This document shows, one piece after another, positions 44,753-55,353 of a stretch of 64,000 nt of DNA. The notes below the pieces were generated by a model that was not told where the DNA came from, searched no databases, and saw nothing but the letters and a program-made list of their open reading frames with translations. A program made the position numbers and the translations under genes. The stretch is from Opitutales bacterium (GTDB lineage: Bacteria; Verrucomicrobiota; Verrucomicrobiia; Opitutales; UBA2987), in the NCBI GenBank assembly GCA_965226885.1, contig CBDDEL010000016.1, positions 320,001-384,000 on the forward strand. The letters are read 5' to 3'. Position 1 is the first letter of the stretch, and each line of letters starts with the position of its first letter.

Positions 44753-47203
44753 AGTAATTGCAGGTACGTCAAGGTTTAGGGTTTGGGAGTTGGTTTTGGG
44801 GATTGGCTTGGGGTCGGTGAGGAGGCCGGAGGCCGACGAGCCGGGCCCAAGGCGTTTATTGTTTTGTGCCACGGCGACGGCGTCGAGCATCGCGCAAGCG
44901 GTAGCTTTGCCCGTTGGCTTCGAGGATATGCACCCGATGGGTGAGTCGGTCCAGCAGAGCTCCGGTGAGCCGTTCGGAACCGAGCACTTCGATCCAGTTC
45001 TCAAAGGGCAGGTTGGTGGTGACGATGAGACTGGTGCGCTCGTAAGCGCGGCTGACCACGTCGAAGAGCAGTTCGGAACCGGTCTTGGAAAAAGGGACGT
45101 AACCGAGTTCGTCGAGGATGAGTAGGTCGAGCCTTTCGAGTTGCTTCATGAAGCGCTGCAGGTCGTGGTTGTCGCGTTGCTCGAGCATATGGGTAACCAG
45201 GGCGGTGACCCCGAAGAAACGGATCCGCCGGCCCTGGGCACAGGCGGCAAAGCCCAGGGCGGTGGCCAGGTGCGTTTTACCGGTACCGGCGTTACCGAGG
45301 AGCAGCACGTTTTCGCGCTGGTCGACATACTCCCCGCGCATGAGCTCTCGGATGAGCGCTTCGTTGATCGAGGGCTGCGCTTCAAAGGCGAAGCTCTCGA
45401 GGGTCTTGAGCACGGGGAAACGGGCGTTTTTGATCCGCCGCTGGGCGGCCCGCTGTTCGCGTTCAATGAGCTCCCGTTCGACCAGATGCAACAAAAAGGC
45501 GGCGTAATCGAGCCGGTCCCGGGAACAAGCCGCGGCCACCGCCGGCCATTCGCGCAGGATGGTGGGCAACTTCAGTTTCTTGAGGTGATGGTGTAACAGC
45601 AGCTGGTTTTTTTCTTCCTTCATAAAGCCCCTCCTGGAATCTTGAGCAGTTCGCTGTAGGCACCGAGGTCAGGGGCGGCCACACGGACGTGACGCAGGTG
45701 TGGATGGCCGTCCAGCCGGAAGGTTCTGCTCCCGTAGTCTTCCTGAGGATAGAGATACTGGGCGATGGCCTCACGAGTCAGTCCCCCCACCCGCAGGGCC
45801 GAGACGACGGCCTGCTGCAAGGCCGCCATGGGGTGTTTCTCCAACAGCCGCAGCACCCGGATATACTCCCGGGTGCCTTCGCCCCCGCATTGGCTTTCGA
45901 GCCGGCGTCTGAGGACCTGCAGGCACTGCGGCAACTGCCAGCCCGAGAGTGGGCGGGCGAAGTCCAAAGCGCCCGGTTTTTTCTCCAGCAAAGCCAGGTA
46001 GTGCACCGGCTCGAAAGAGACTTGCTCTTTATCCCAAATGCGGCGGTGCCGGGCCACCTCTTGGCCCCCACAGAAGATCACCACCTGCCGACAGGACCCT
46101 TCCACCACCACCGGATGGTGGGCGCAGCGCACCGGCACCGAATAGTCGTTGCACTCGAAGCGCACCAGCGAGAGGCTGCTGACGCAGGTCGAGCGTTTGC
46201 GGCTCGCTTCAAAGGGTATGGGCGGCAACGCCAGCATGACGGCGCGCTCCTCGGCCAGCAGTTCCTTTTTCACCGCCCTTTTCCCGCGTAATTTACGCTC
46301 CATGTCCCGCTCACATGCCTCCAACAGCTTTGCGTTGAGTTCCTCCAGGTCCCGAACCTGCGGTACCGGTACCAGGAAGTTGGCCCGGGCATAACGCACG
46401 ATCCCCTCGACCACGCCCTTCTCGTTGGGCCGGGCGGGCAGACAGAAGTGTTCCTCGAACAGGTAATGGCTCTGTAGCTGCAGAAACCCGTCGGTCAGCT
46501 TGCGTTCACGCGAACCGATAATCTTACCCACCGCCACCTTCGAGTTGTCATAGCTGATGCGCCGGGGCACCGCCCCGAAAAACTCAAAAGCTCGCAGGTG
46601 CCCCTCCCAGAAGCTCTCCGTGCACTCCCGTTCGAACACCTGCACGAAAAAGGCATCGCTGTAGGGCAGGCTCATGGCAAAAAATGGCCGCCTACGCAAT
46701 TGCCCCGCCTCCTTCACCAGGGCATGACCGAAGTCCACCTGTCCCTCCCCGGGGCGGTGCTCCAGCGGCACGAACACTTCCCGCCGCCTCGCTCGCAGCT
46801 CGGCCACCACCTCCTTGACCGCCGTGTAGCCCCCTTGGTAGCCCTTCTCCCGACCCAAACGCTGGTAGATCCGTTTGGCCGTATGGCGCTGCTTCTTGGG
46901 CACGTTCCGGTCCGCTTTGAGCACCTCCTCGATCCAGCCCACATACGGATCGATCTTGCGCTCTCGCCTCTTCTTGCGCCGGTATCCCGGCGGCTGGGAA
47001 TAGGCCAGCATCTTTCCCAGGGTCTCCCAGTGCAGTCCCTCTTCTCGCATTACAGAGCGCTTGCTCTGCTTGTCCCGCAGCACTTTGTGCCGCACTCTTG
47101 TCCATTGCTTCATATCTCGATACACTCCTCCTTTCTAGGATAAGCGTACCGGTTTTAAAGCGCCCTCTTTACCGTACCGGTTTTTCCCCGGCGTTTACAA
47201 TAG

Positions 47204-48546
47204 TGACGTGTACTGGATTTGTTGGACACGGGATTCTCTTATATTCATTGTTTATTGATTAGTGTGTCAGGCGGCTTGTTTTGGTAAAGGGTTTTGTTTT
47301 CTCGTTGCCCCCCATGGGGGGCAAATATTTTCCTCGAATTGGACTGGGCTTTGGTAACTCAGAGAGGAATGTTTGCGATATCGGTTGTAGAAGATTTCCA
47401 CGTATTCGAAGACAGTTGATCGCAGTTCGCGCTCGTCGGCAAAGTGGCGGCCTCGAATCGTGCTGGTCTTGAAGCGGCCGTAGAACGATTCCATGGCCGC
47501 GTTGTCGTAGCAGTTGCCTTGGGCGCTCATGCTCGGCTTCATGCCTAGTTCAGAGACCAGCCTCTGATAGTCGTCGCTGGCGTAGGGGCTGCCCCGATCG
47601 CTGTGATGAATAATCCCGGTGCGCAGTGTGCCGCGGGTCATGGCCGCGGCTTTGAGGGCCTTGCCAACCAGCTTCGCGTCGTTGTGGTTGGAAACGCTCC
47701 AGCCCAGCAGGCGTCGGCTGAACAGGTCCATCACCGTGGCCAAGTACATCCAACCGGCCAGGGTCCGTAGGTAGGTCGTGTCCGCCACCCAGACCTCGTC
47801 GATATGGGTCGGCTGGCCATGCTTTTTAAGCACATTGGGGCTGTAACCATAGGGATGGTTACTGTTGGTTTTTAATGGCTTAAAGCGTTTACTCTGGGTG
47901 CTTTTGATTCCCATTTCACGCATCAGACGCAGAGCCCGGTCACGGCCGCAATCGATGCCCTCATCATCCTTCAGATGGCGGTGCATTGGCCGATGCCCAT
48001 AGCGGCCCTTGGCCTCTTTGTGTACCTTCAGGATCGCCCCCTTGATTCCCTCGTCCTCGATCCGCCGGGCCGAGGGCGCTCGGTGCCTCCAGCAGTAATA
48101 GCCACTGCGACAAATCCCCATCGCCGAGCATATTTCCTCGATCTTGAAGCGCCCCTCGTTGTCTTTGACAAACTGGTACTTCATTGTTCGTCCTTGGCAA
48201 AGTAGCCCACCGTTTTTTTTAGTATCTGGTTGATCCGCTCCGAGCGGCGCAGCTCTTTGCGAAGACGATCTATCTCGGCCGCCATCTCCTTCGGACTGCT
48301 CTGTCGCTTTGAGGTGGCTTCGCCCTGCTGATCGTCCAGATAGAGCCTCTTCCACCTATACAATTGGTTGGTGTTGACCCCAAGTTTGGTCGATACCTCG
48401 GTGGCGCTCAGACCATCGAGTATCATCAGTTGAACTGCCTCATTTTTGAACTCTATACTAAAGCGTCTTCTTCCCATGCGTCTTCTTCCCATGCTTCGAT
48501 TCTCCATTTAGGAGAATCTCGTGTCCACTTTTTCCAGTGCACATCA
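47204..48546 (-). mobile_element. IS3 type a copy 2, inserted inside the IS21 target duplication
   Basis: ATAG duplication. A 15-bp tandem duplication at 48463-48492 gives MGRRRMGRRR. Confidence 0.95.
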
Positions 48547-48644
48547 ATAGTGCTCAAACCCCATTTCAAAACCCGACAGGTACCAAAACGATGCGTCTAC
48601 GCATCTAATTAAAATTTTATGCAGCGTTTTTGTACCATTTTATG

Positions 48645-48800
48645 CAGCGACCACGCATCATTAAAAATTGGCGGTTAATTACGGAAAACGGATTCAGCCT
48701 CTTCTCAGCCAAGGAATTACAAATTCACTTGCAAATTTCGCCAAAAATTTTATGGTAATCAATCACTGGCTGCGTAGGCGCTGCCTACAATATGTTGGGC
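48645..48800 (+). promoter_or_regulatory. attI-like site plus upstream arm, copy 2
   Basis: CAGCGACCACGCATC...TTGCAA-16nt-TATGGT...GCGTAGGCGCTGCCTACAATAT-GTTGGGC. Confidence 0.78.
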
Positions 48801-48816
48801 TGAGGAAACAAGAAGC

Positions 48817-49203
48817 ATGATAGAACCTCTATTCCAGAAAGTGGATTGCATCAGCCTTCCGGTGAAAGACCTGGAAGGAGCGCTTGAATTCTATCATGAT
48901 AAACTGGGGCACAGTCTCGCCTGGCGCACTGACAGCGAAGCAGGGCTTGACTTTGCTGATGGCAGCGTTGAATTGGTGCTCCGCCTCAATAATAATCCAC
49001 CTGAAACAGACATCATGGTGGAATCAGCGATTAAGGCTGCGAAACGATTCGAGAAGGCAGGCGGTTCGGTTGTTGCTGGGCCGTTTGATATTAAGATCGG
49101 AAAATGTGTCGTCGTAAAAGACCCTTGGGGAAATCACCTTGTTCTGCTTGATTCCAGCAAAGGTCTTCTAAAAACGGACGAAGAGGGCTATGTCGTCTCT
49201 TAG
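48817..49203 (+). CDS. VOC/glyoxalase-family protein (gene cassette)
   Basis: ISLPVKDLEGALEFYHDKLG...GGSVVAGPFDIKIGKCVVVKDPWGN. Bounded by GTTGGGC and an attC. Confidence 0.88.
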   Translation: MIEPLFQKVDCISLPVKDLEGALEFYHDKLGHSLAWRTDSEAGLDFADGSVELVLRLNNNPPETDIMVESAIKAAKRFEKAGGSVVAGPFDIKIGKCVVVKDPWGNHLVLLDSSKGLLKTDEEGYVVS

Positions 49204-49211
49204 CTGATGCA

Positions 49212-49265
49212 GCCCAACAAATCATTTGAGCCGAAGCATTCGCCCGGCTCAATTCGACGTTATGC
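49212..49265 (+). other. Integron attC site (54 bp)
   Basis: GCCCAAC-AAATCAT-TTGAGCCG...CGGCTCAA-TTCGAC-GTTATGC. CAGCCCAAC is the exact complement of the cassette start GTTGGGCTG. Confidence 0.85.
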
Positions 49266-49301
49266 CATCTTGATAGACCCACAAATGGGAAGGACACTTC
49301 A

Positions 49302-50246
49302 ATGAAGAAAATTCAGTTTTTCATACTTACTTGCGCCTTTGCGGCCCTGATTTTTTTCCAAACAGCAACGGCACAACGACCGCCGATCATCGACGTGCAT
49401 CTGCACTCCTACCGAGCGGAGAGTTTTTCCGGACCCTTGCCCCCTAATTCGGTGACCGGCGTGATGCCTGCGGCGACGACACCCAAGGAGAACATGCAGG
49501 CAACGTTGACGCAGCTGGAGAAATTCAACATTGTGCTTGGCATCGTCAGCGGGCCCCTGGATTCGGTAGATGCGTGGCATCAGGCGGCTCCTGACCGGAT
49601 CATTGCTGGGGCCTATGAGGGCCCGCGAGGCATCCTGCCGGATGTGGCGGTCCTACGCGAATCCTTTGAGTCCGGTCGCCTCCAGGTGATGGGTGAACTG
49701 GGGCTCCAATACCGCGGCCTAACGCCCAACGAATCGCGTCTAAAACCCTACTTTCGTTTGGCTGAGGAATTAAGCATCCCTGTTGCCATTCACACTGGCC
49801 TTGCTGCACCAAATACGCCCTACAAATCGTGCTGTCCTGATTTCCGAGTAACGCTGGGCAATCCAGAGCTTGTGGAGGAGGTGCTGGTCCGGCATCCGAA
49901 GCCCCGTGTTTACCTTATGCACGCCGGACATCCCTACCTGCAAGAGACGAAGGCCATCATGTCTATGTACCCGCAGGTCTACGCCGACCTCGCAGTTATC
50001 AATTGGGTCTTGCCGCGAAAGGAGTTCCACAACCATCTGAAGGCGCTGATTGACGGCGGCTACGGCAAGCGGCTGATGTTCGGCTCAGATTCACAGCTGT
50101 GGCCGGAAGCTATAGAAATGGCCATCCAAGGCATTGAGTCGGCAGAGTTTCTGACAGAGGAGCAAAAACGGGACATCTTCTACAATAATGCAGCGCGGTT
50201 TCTGCGATTGACTAAGGAGACAATTGCTAAACATCATGGTCAGTAA
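49302..50246 (+). CDS. Secreted amidohydrolase-family metallohydrolase (gene cassette)
   Basis: Signal peptide, IIDVHLH, GELGLQY, AIHTG, LMHAG, LMFGSD, IFYNNAARFL. Confidence 0.88.
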   Translation: MKKIQFFILTCAFAALIFFQTATAQRPPIIDVHLHSYRAESFSGPLPPNSVTGVMPAATTPKENMQATLTQLEKFNIVLGIVSGPLDSVDAWHQAAPDRIIAGAYEGPRGILPDVAVLRESFESGRLQVMGELGLQYRGLTPNESRLKPYFRLAEELSIPVAIHTGLAAPNTPYKSCCPDFRVTLGNPELVEEVLVRHPKPRVYLMHAGHPYLQETKAIMSMYPQVYADLAVINWVLPRKEFHNHLKALIDGGYGKRLMFGSDSQLWPEAIEMAIQGIESAEFLTEEQKRDIFYNNAARFLRLTKETIAKHHGQ

Positions 50247-50262
50247 TGAACATGGAGAGCCG

Positions 50263-50314
50263 GCCTAACAAGCCGACGTCGCTTCGCGGCGCAGCTTATC
50301 GTGAAACGTTAACG
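50263..50314 (+). other. Integron attC site, apparently internally deleted (52 bp)
   Basis: GCCTAAC-AAGCCGACGTCGCTTCGCGGCGCAGCTT-ATCGTGAAAC-GTTAACG. The spacer between R'' and L'' appears lost. Confidence 0.65.
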
Positions 50315-50455
50315 CCCCTCGCTTGACCTAAGCATTGACACCGTATTAGTGCTCAACCCCCTATGCAAAACCCCGTAAATCGCTAAAGAAAAAGCATCAA
50401 ATCCGGCGCGAACACGTTAAAAAGCACCAATTCACGTCAAACTCGGCTTCCCCCC
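50315..50455 (+). repeat. Conserved downstream arm of cassette platform, copy 2
   Basis: CCCCTCGCTTGACCTAAGCATTGACACCGTATTAGTGCTC...TGCAAAACCCCGTA...GTCAAACTC aligns with 20600-20726 (minus). Confidence 0.75.
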
Positions 50456-50583
50456 ATCCAGCATCCTTCCCTCCCCATCCAGCATCCCTCCCCCCTTTCT
50501 GTCCCCCTCCCCAAAAAAAGACTTGGCAAACCGGGGACAACGCGTAATTTACCCTCTTTCATATCTTTGGCACGCGCAAATAT

Positions 50584-50669
50584 GGTGGGATATCCAAGTG
50601 GCTAAAGGGCGCGGACTGTAAATCCGTTCGGGTAACCGTTCGCAGGTTCAAATCCTGCTCCCACCACCA
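50584..50669 (+). tRNA. tRNA-Tyr (GTA)
   Basis: Acceptor GGTGGGA/TCCCACC, anticodon arm GCGGA-CTGTAAA-TCCGT, long variable arm, GGTTCAAATCC T-loop, encoded CCA. Confidence 0.96.
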
Positions 50670-51053
50670 TTTTAATAATCAACGACTTACAATTCCTTTA
50701 GAACCGGATGGCAATGTTGAACCATTGTGATCGAACCCCATCTTTTCTACCACTTTCAGAAACACTTATACTATTAATTATCAATAAGTTACACTGTTTA
50801 TAAGAACAACCTGATTATAGCTTTTTCACTGAGCCCCAACCGGAAACTTTTTTGTAAATTACTGGATCACCTACATAATATACGTCGCCCACGCCCGAAA
50901 TCTTTATAGTCAAAATTTTCTCAGCATGGACGGTCACATCTCCTGCTCCGCTGATACTAATTGTGGATTCTTCCGTTTGAAGATCTTTGGCCTCGATGTC
51001 GCCTGCGCCGCTAACTGATACCTCATGCACCCGGGCGCTTCCAGAGTAACTTA

Positions 51054-52184
51054 TACCAAATCTCATTAGGTATGATAATAAGTTATTTGGCAGAAGCGTT
51101 TGCTTGAATGTGCTGCCAGCCTCCGCCAACTAAAGAGAGGACTTTTTCAGTGTCCTCCCACCAGTCTTTGAGATGGGTTGCGACGACTTCTTCGAGTCGC
51201 TCAATGCTCGGCCACAGTTTGTTGGCCGTTTGATCCTGTATCATATCCCAAAGTCTTTCAATCGGGTTGAGTTCAGGACTATACGGCGGCAGATTCACGA
51301 TATGTATGCCCGGGGGGACGTTGGGGTGCTCCGAGTCGTGCGGATGGAAGCCTGCCCCGTCCCATACAACCACATGTTCCTCCTCAGGATATTGCTTTTT
51401 GATCTGTTGGAGGAAAGCCTCCGTCCACTGTAGATTCGTGCTAGGGGTTTGGATGCATACCATCTCGCCGTTGACCACGTCGAGGGCTCCGTAACAGTAG
51501 CTCCACTGGTATCTTGTCTGATATTTTTTGTGCGGCCGAAGCCCTCTTTGCGTCCAGCACCGGCGGTACACCGGAAGCAAACCAAAACGGCTTTCATCGG
51601 CAAACCACACCCGAACCCGATTGCCTCGGGTGAGGGAAAGCTCCTGGAGGATCTTAAAAAAGTCTCGCTTGAACGCTTCCGCTTTTGCCGAGTCCCGTTT
51701 CTCATGCACGGGGCGAGGGACTCGAAGCACCCCGGCGCATTTTTTTAGCCATCGCCACACCGTCTTGTAGGCGAAGGAGCGCCCGAAATGTCGCTCCAGC
51801 TCTTGCCCCGCCTGAACGGCTGTGTTCCAGCGCGCGACCTTCAAACCATTGAGCAAGAAGGCCTCCACCTCTTTGTCGCAACGGCTTTTGATCCCGCCTT
51901 TGTAGGCGCGTGTAAGCACCGCCCCGAGCCCTGCAGCACGATATTTGTCAAACCAACGCTGGATCGTCGCTTTGCCTCGGCCCACGATGGCTCCAATTTC
52001 ATCAATGCTGTGGTGCGGCTGGAAGCCCATTTTTAATGCCACCAAACGCTCTTTACGCCAGCCGATAGCCTCTTTGTTGAGCAATTTCTTGATACGTTCA
52101 CGGTCTTCATCGGTTCCCATATATCTTCTCATTCCGCCTTTATAGCTGTTTTTTAATCTTTATCAATCCTTTTGCGATTTGGTA
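51054..52184 (-). mobile_element. IS630-family element copy 3 (transposase 51083..52132)
   Basis: 1131 bp, flanked by TTA/TTA. Confidence 0.95.
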
Positions 52185-52559
52185 TTATATCGGCGGAACC
52201 CGAAATTGTGGTTCTCAGAGATTGGATTTCAAGTTCCAGGTCAACTTCACCGGCTCCCGAAATTTCCAAAGTCAGATTATCACAAACCAGAACATCTGAG
52301 GATGCGATCTCAACCGCCCCGCTAAAAGACAATTTCCTAAATGCAGGCGCGGTAATCTGGATTTTCATATCCTTTTTGTAAGAAACCTTTTCCGCGAATT
52401 TTATGTGCAAACGATTCTTGTGAACTTCGGTAATCAGGAGAGGCAGCAGGTTTTCATAGGTTTCAATTTGAATTTTGGGTTCATCGCCTATCACAAGGAG
52501 TATTTCCGCCGAGCCTCCAAATCTGATTTCCGAAAAAGGTTCCAGAGAACGAGTTTCTG

Positions 52560-55078
52560 TGTAAACGCCGGGGAAAAACCGGTACGGTAAAGAGGGCGCT
52601 TTAAAACCGGTACGCTTATCCTAGAAAGGAGGAGTGTATCGAGATATGAAGCAATGGACAAGAGTGCGGCACAAAGTGCTGCGGGACAAGCAGAGCAAGC
52701 GCTCTGTAATGCGAGAAGAGGGACTGCACTGGGAGACCCTGGGAAAGATGCTGGCCTATTCCCAGCCGCCGGGATACCGGCGCAAGAAGAGGCGAGAGCG
52801 CAAGATCGATCCGTATGTGGGCTGGATCGAGGAGGTGCTCAAAGCGGACCGGAACGTGCCCAAGAAGCAGCGCCATACGGCCAAACGGATCTACCAGCGT
52901 TTGGGTCGGGAGAAGGGCTACCAAGGGGGCTACACGGCGGTCAAGGAGGTGGTGGCCGAGCTGCGAGCGAGGCGGCGGGAAGTGTTCGTGCCGCTGGAGC
53001 ACCGCCCCGGGGAGGGACAGGTGGACTTCGGTCATGCCCTGGTGAAGGAGGCGGGGCAATTGCGTAGGCGGCCATTTTCTGCCATGAGCCTGCCCTACAG
53101 CGATGCCTTTTTCGTGCAGGTGTTCGAACGGGAGTGCACGGAGAGCTTCTGGGAGGGGCACCTGCGAGCTTTTGAGTTTTTCGGGGCGGTGCCCCGGCGC
53201 ATCAGCTACGACAACTCGAAGGTGGCGGTGGGTAAGATTATCGGTTCGCGTGAACGCAAGCTGACCGACGGGTTTCTGCAGCTACAGAGCCATTACCTGT
53301 TCGAGGAACACTTCTGTCTGCCCGCCCGGCCCAACGCGAAGGGCGTGGTCGAGGGGATCGTGCGTTATGCCCGGGCCAACTTCCTGGTACCGGTACCGCA
53401 GGTTCGGGACCTGGAGGAACTCAACGCAAAGCTGTTGGAGGCATGTGAGCGGGACATGGAGCGTAAATTACGCGGGAAAAGGGCGGTGAAAAAGGAACTG
53501 CTGGCCGAGGAGCGCGCCGTCATGCTGCCGTTGCCGCCCATACCCTTTGAAGCGAGCCGCAAACGCTCGACCTGCGTCAGCAGCCTCTCGCTGGTGCGCT
53601 TCGAGTGCAACGACTATTCGGTGCCGGTGCGCTGCGCCCACCATCCGGTGGTGGTGGAAGGGTCCTGTCGGCAGGTGGTGATCTTCTGTGGGGGCCAAGA
53701 GGTGGCCCGGCACCGCCGCATTTGGGATAAAGAGCAAGTCTCTTTCGAGCCGGTGCACTACCTGGCTTTGCTGGAGAAAAAACCGGGCGCTTTGGACTTC
53801 GCCCGCCCACTCTCGGGCTGGCAGTTGCCGCAGTGCCTGCAGGTCCTCAGACGCCGGCTCGAAAGCCAATGCGGGGGCGAAGGCACCCGGGAGTATATCC
53901 GGGTGCTGCGGCTGTTGGAGAAACACCCCATGGCGGCCTTGCAGCAGGCCGTCGTCTCGGCCCTGCGGGTGGGGGGACTGACTCGTGAGGCCATCGCCCA
54001 GTATCTCTATCCTCAGGAAGACTACGGGAGCAGAACCTTCCGGCTGGGGACGGCCATCCACACCTGCGTCACGTCCGTGTGGCCGCCCCTGACCTCGGTG
54101 CCTACAGCGAACTGCTCAAGATTCCAGGAGGGGCTTTATGAAGGAAGAAAAAAACCAGCTGCTGTTACACCATCACCTCAAGAAACTGAAGTTGCCCACC
54201 ATCCTGCGCGAATGGCCGGCGGTGGCCGCGGCTTGTTCCCGGGACCGGCTCGATTACGCCGCCTTTTTGTTGCATCTGGTCGAACGGGAGCTCATTGAAC
54301 GCGAACAGCGGGCCGCCCAGCGGCGGATCAAAAACGCCCGTTTCCCCGTGCTCAAGACCCTCGAGAGCTTCGCCTTTGAAGCGCAGCCCTCGATCAACGA
54401 AGCGCTCATCCGAGAGCTCATGCGCGGGGAGTATGTCGACCAGCGCGAAAACGTGCTGCTCCTCGGTAACGCCGGTACCGGTAAAACGCACCTGGCCACC
54501 GCCCTGGGCTTTGCCGCCTGTGCCCAGGGCCGGCGGATCCGTTTCTTCGGGGTCACCGCCCTGGTTACCCATATGCTCGAGCAACGCGACAACCACGACC
54601 TGCAGCGCTTCATGAAGCAACTCGAAAGGCTCGACCTACTCATCCTCGACGAACTCGGTTACGTCCCTTTTTCCAAGACCGGTTCCGAACTGCTCTTCGA
54701 CGTGGTCAGCCGCGCTTACGAGCGCACCAGTCTCATCGTCACCACCAACCTGCCCTTTGAGAACTGGATCGAAGTGCTCGGTTCCGAACGGCTCACCGGA
54801 GCTCTGCTGGACCGACTCACCCATCGGGTGCATATCCTCGAAGCCAACGGGCAAAGCTACCGCTTGCGCGATGCTCGACGCCGTCGCCGTGGCACAAAAC
54901 AATAAACGCCTTGGGCCCGGCTCGTCGGCCTCCGGCCTCCTCACCGACCCCAAGCCAATCCCCAAAACCAACTCCCAAACCCTAAACCTTGACGTACCTG
55001 CAATTACTAACCTAAACCTTATTCCAAGCGTACCGGTTTTACCCCGACCCCCGTACCGGTTTCATCCCGGCGTTTACA
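52560..55078 (+). mobile_element. istB: IS21-family element copy 3 (istA with late frameshift near 54047, istB 54138..54905)
   Basis: 2519 bp, 6-bp TSD TTTCTG. Confidence 0.96.
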
Positions 55079-55353
55079 TTTCTGTCTTCATTATGCCCTC
55101 GCCCCTGATTTTGGCATGGGTCAAAGGTGTTAGAGCGAGGAATATCCCGCAGAATAAGAGTCCGGGAAAAAGATGATTTTTTTGCTTCATGAACATTTAA
55201 TACCCGATAAAATACAAAAAGGTTACAAAGTATTTAATCGAACCGTAAATACTCCCCCATGAAACAGAGAAATCCGATTCATATTCGAGAACACCGCACG
55301 GCCAATGACAAAAGCAGTCTTTTAATCATTAACAATAAAGACTCAGTAAATCC

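Larger units (their letters stand above)
43070..47199 (-). mobile_element. istA: IS21-family element copy 2 (istA 45620..47125, istB 44856..45623), with IS1 nested in its right end
   Basis: TGTAAACGCCGGG termini with repeated AAACCGGTACG boxes and 6-bp TSD ATAGTG. IstB Walker A GNAGTGKT and LILDELGY. Confidence 0.96.
50815..55196 (-). pseudogene. GIN/DUF2807 (autotransporter-adhesin head-like) protein split by IS630 and IS21
   Basis: Pieces 55079-55196 (signal peptide), 52185-52559 and 50815-51053 rejoin in frame (GIMKTE-TRSLEPF...SGSADI-SYSGSA). SGAG repeats and a YVGDP tail. Confidence 0.85.

Noticed and set aside
20600..50455. Integron integrase gene
   Set aside because: No ORF with tyrosine-recombinase motifs (R...HxxR...Y) was seen in the ORF track.
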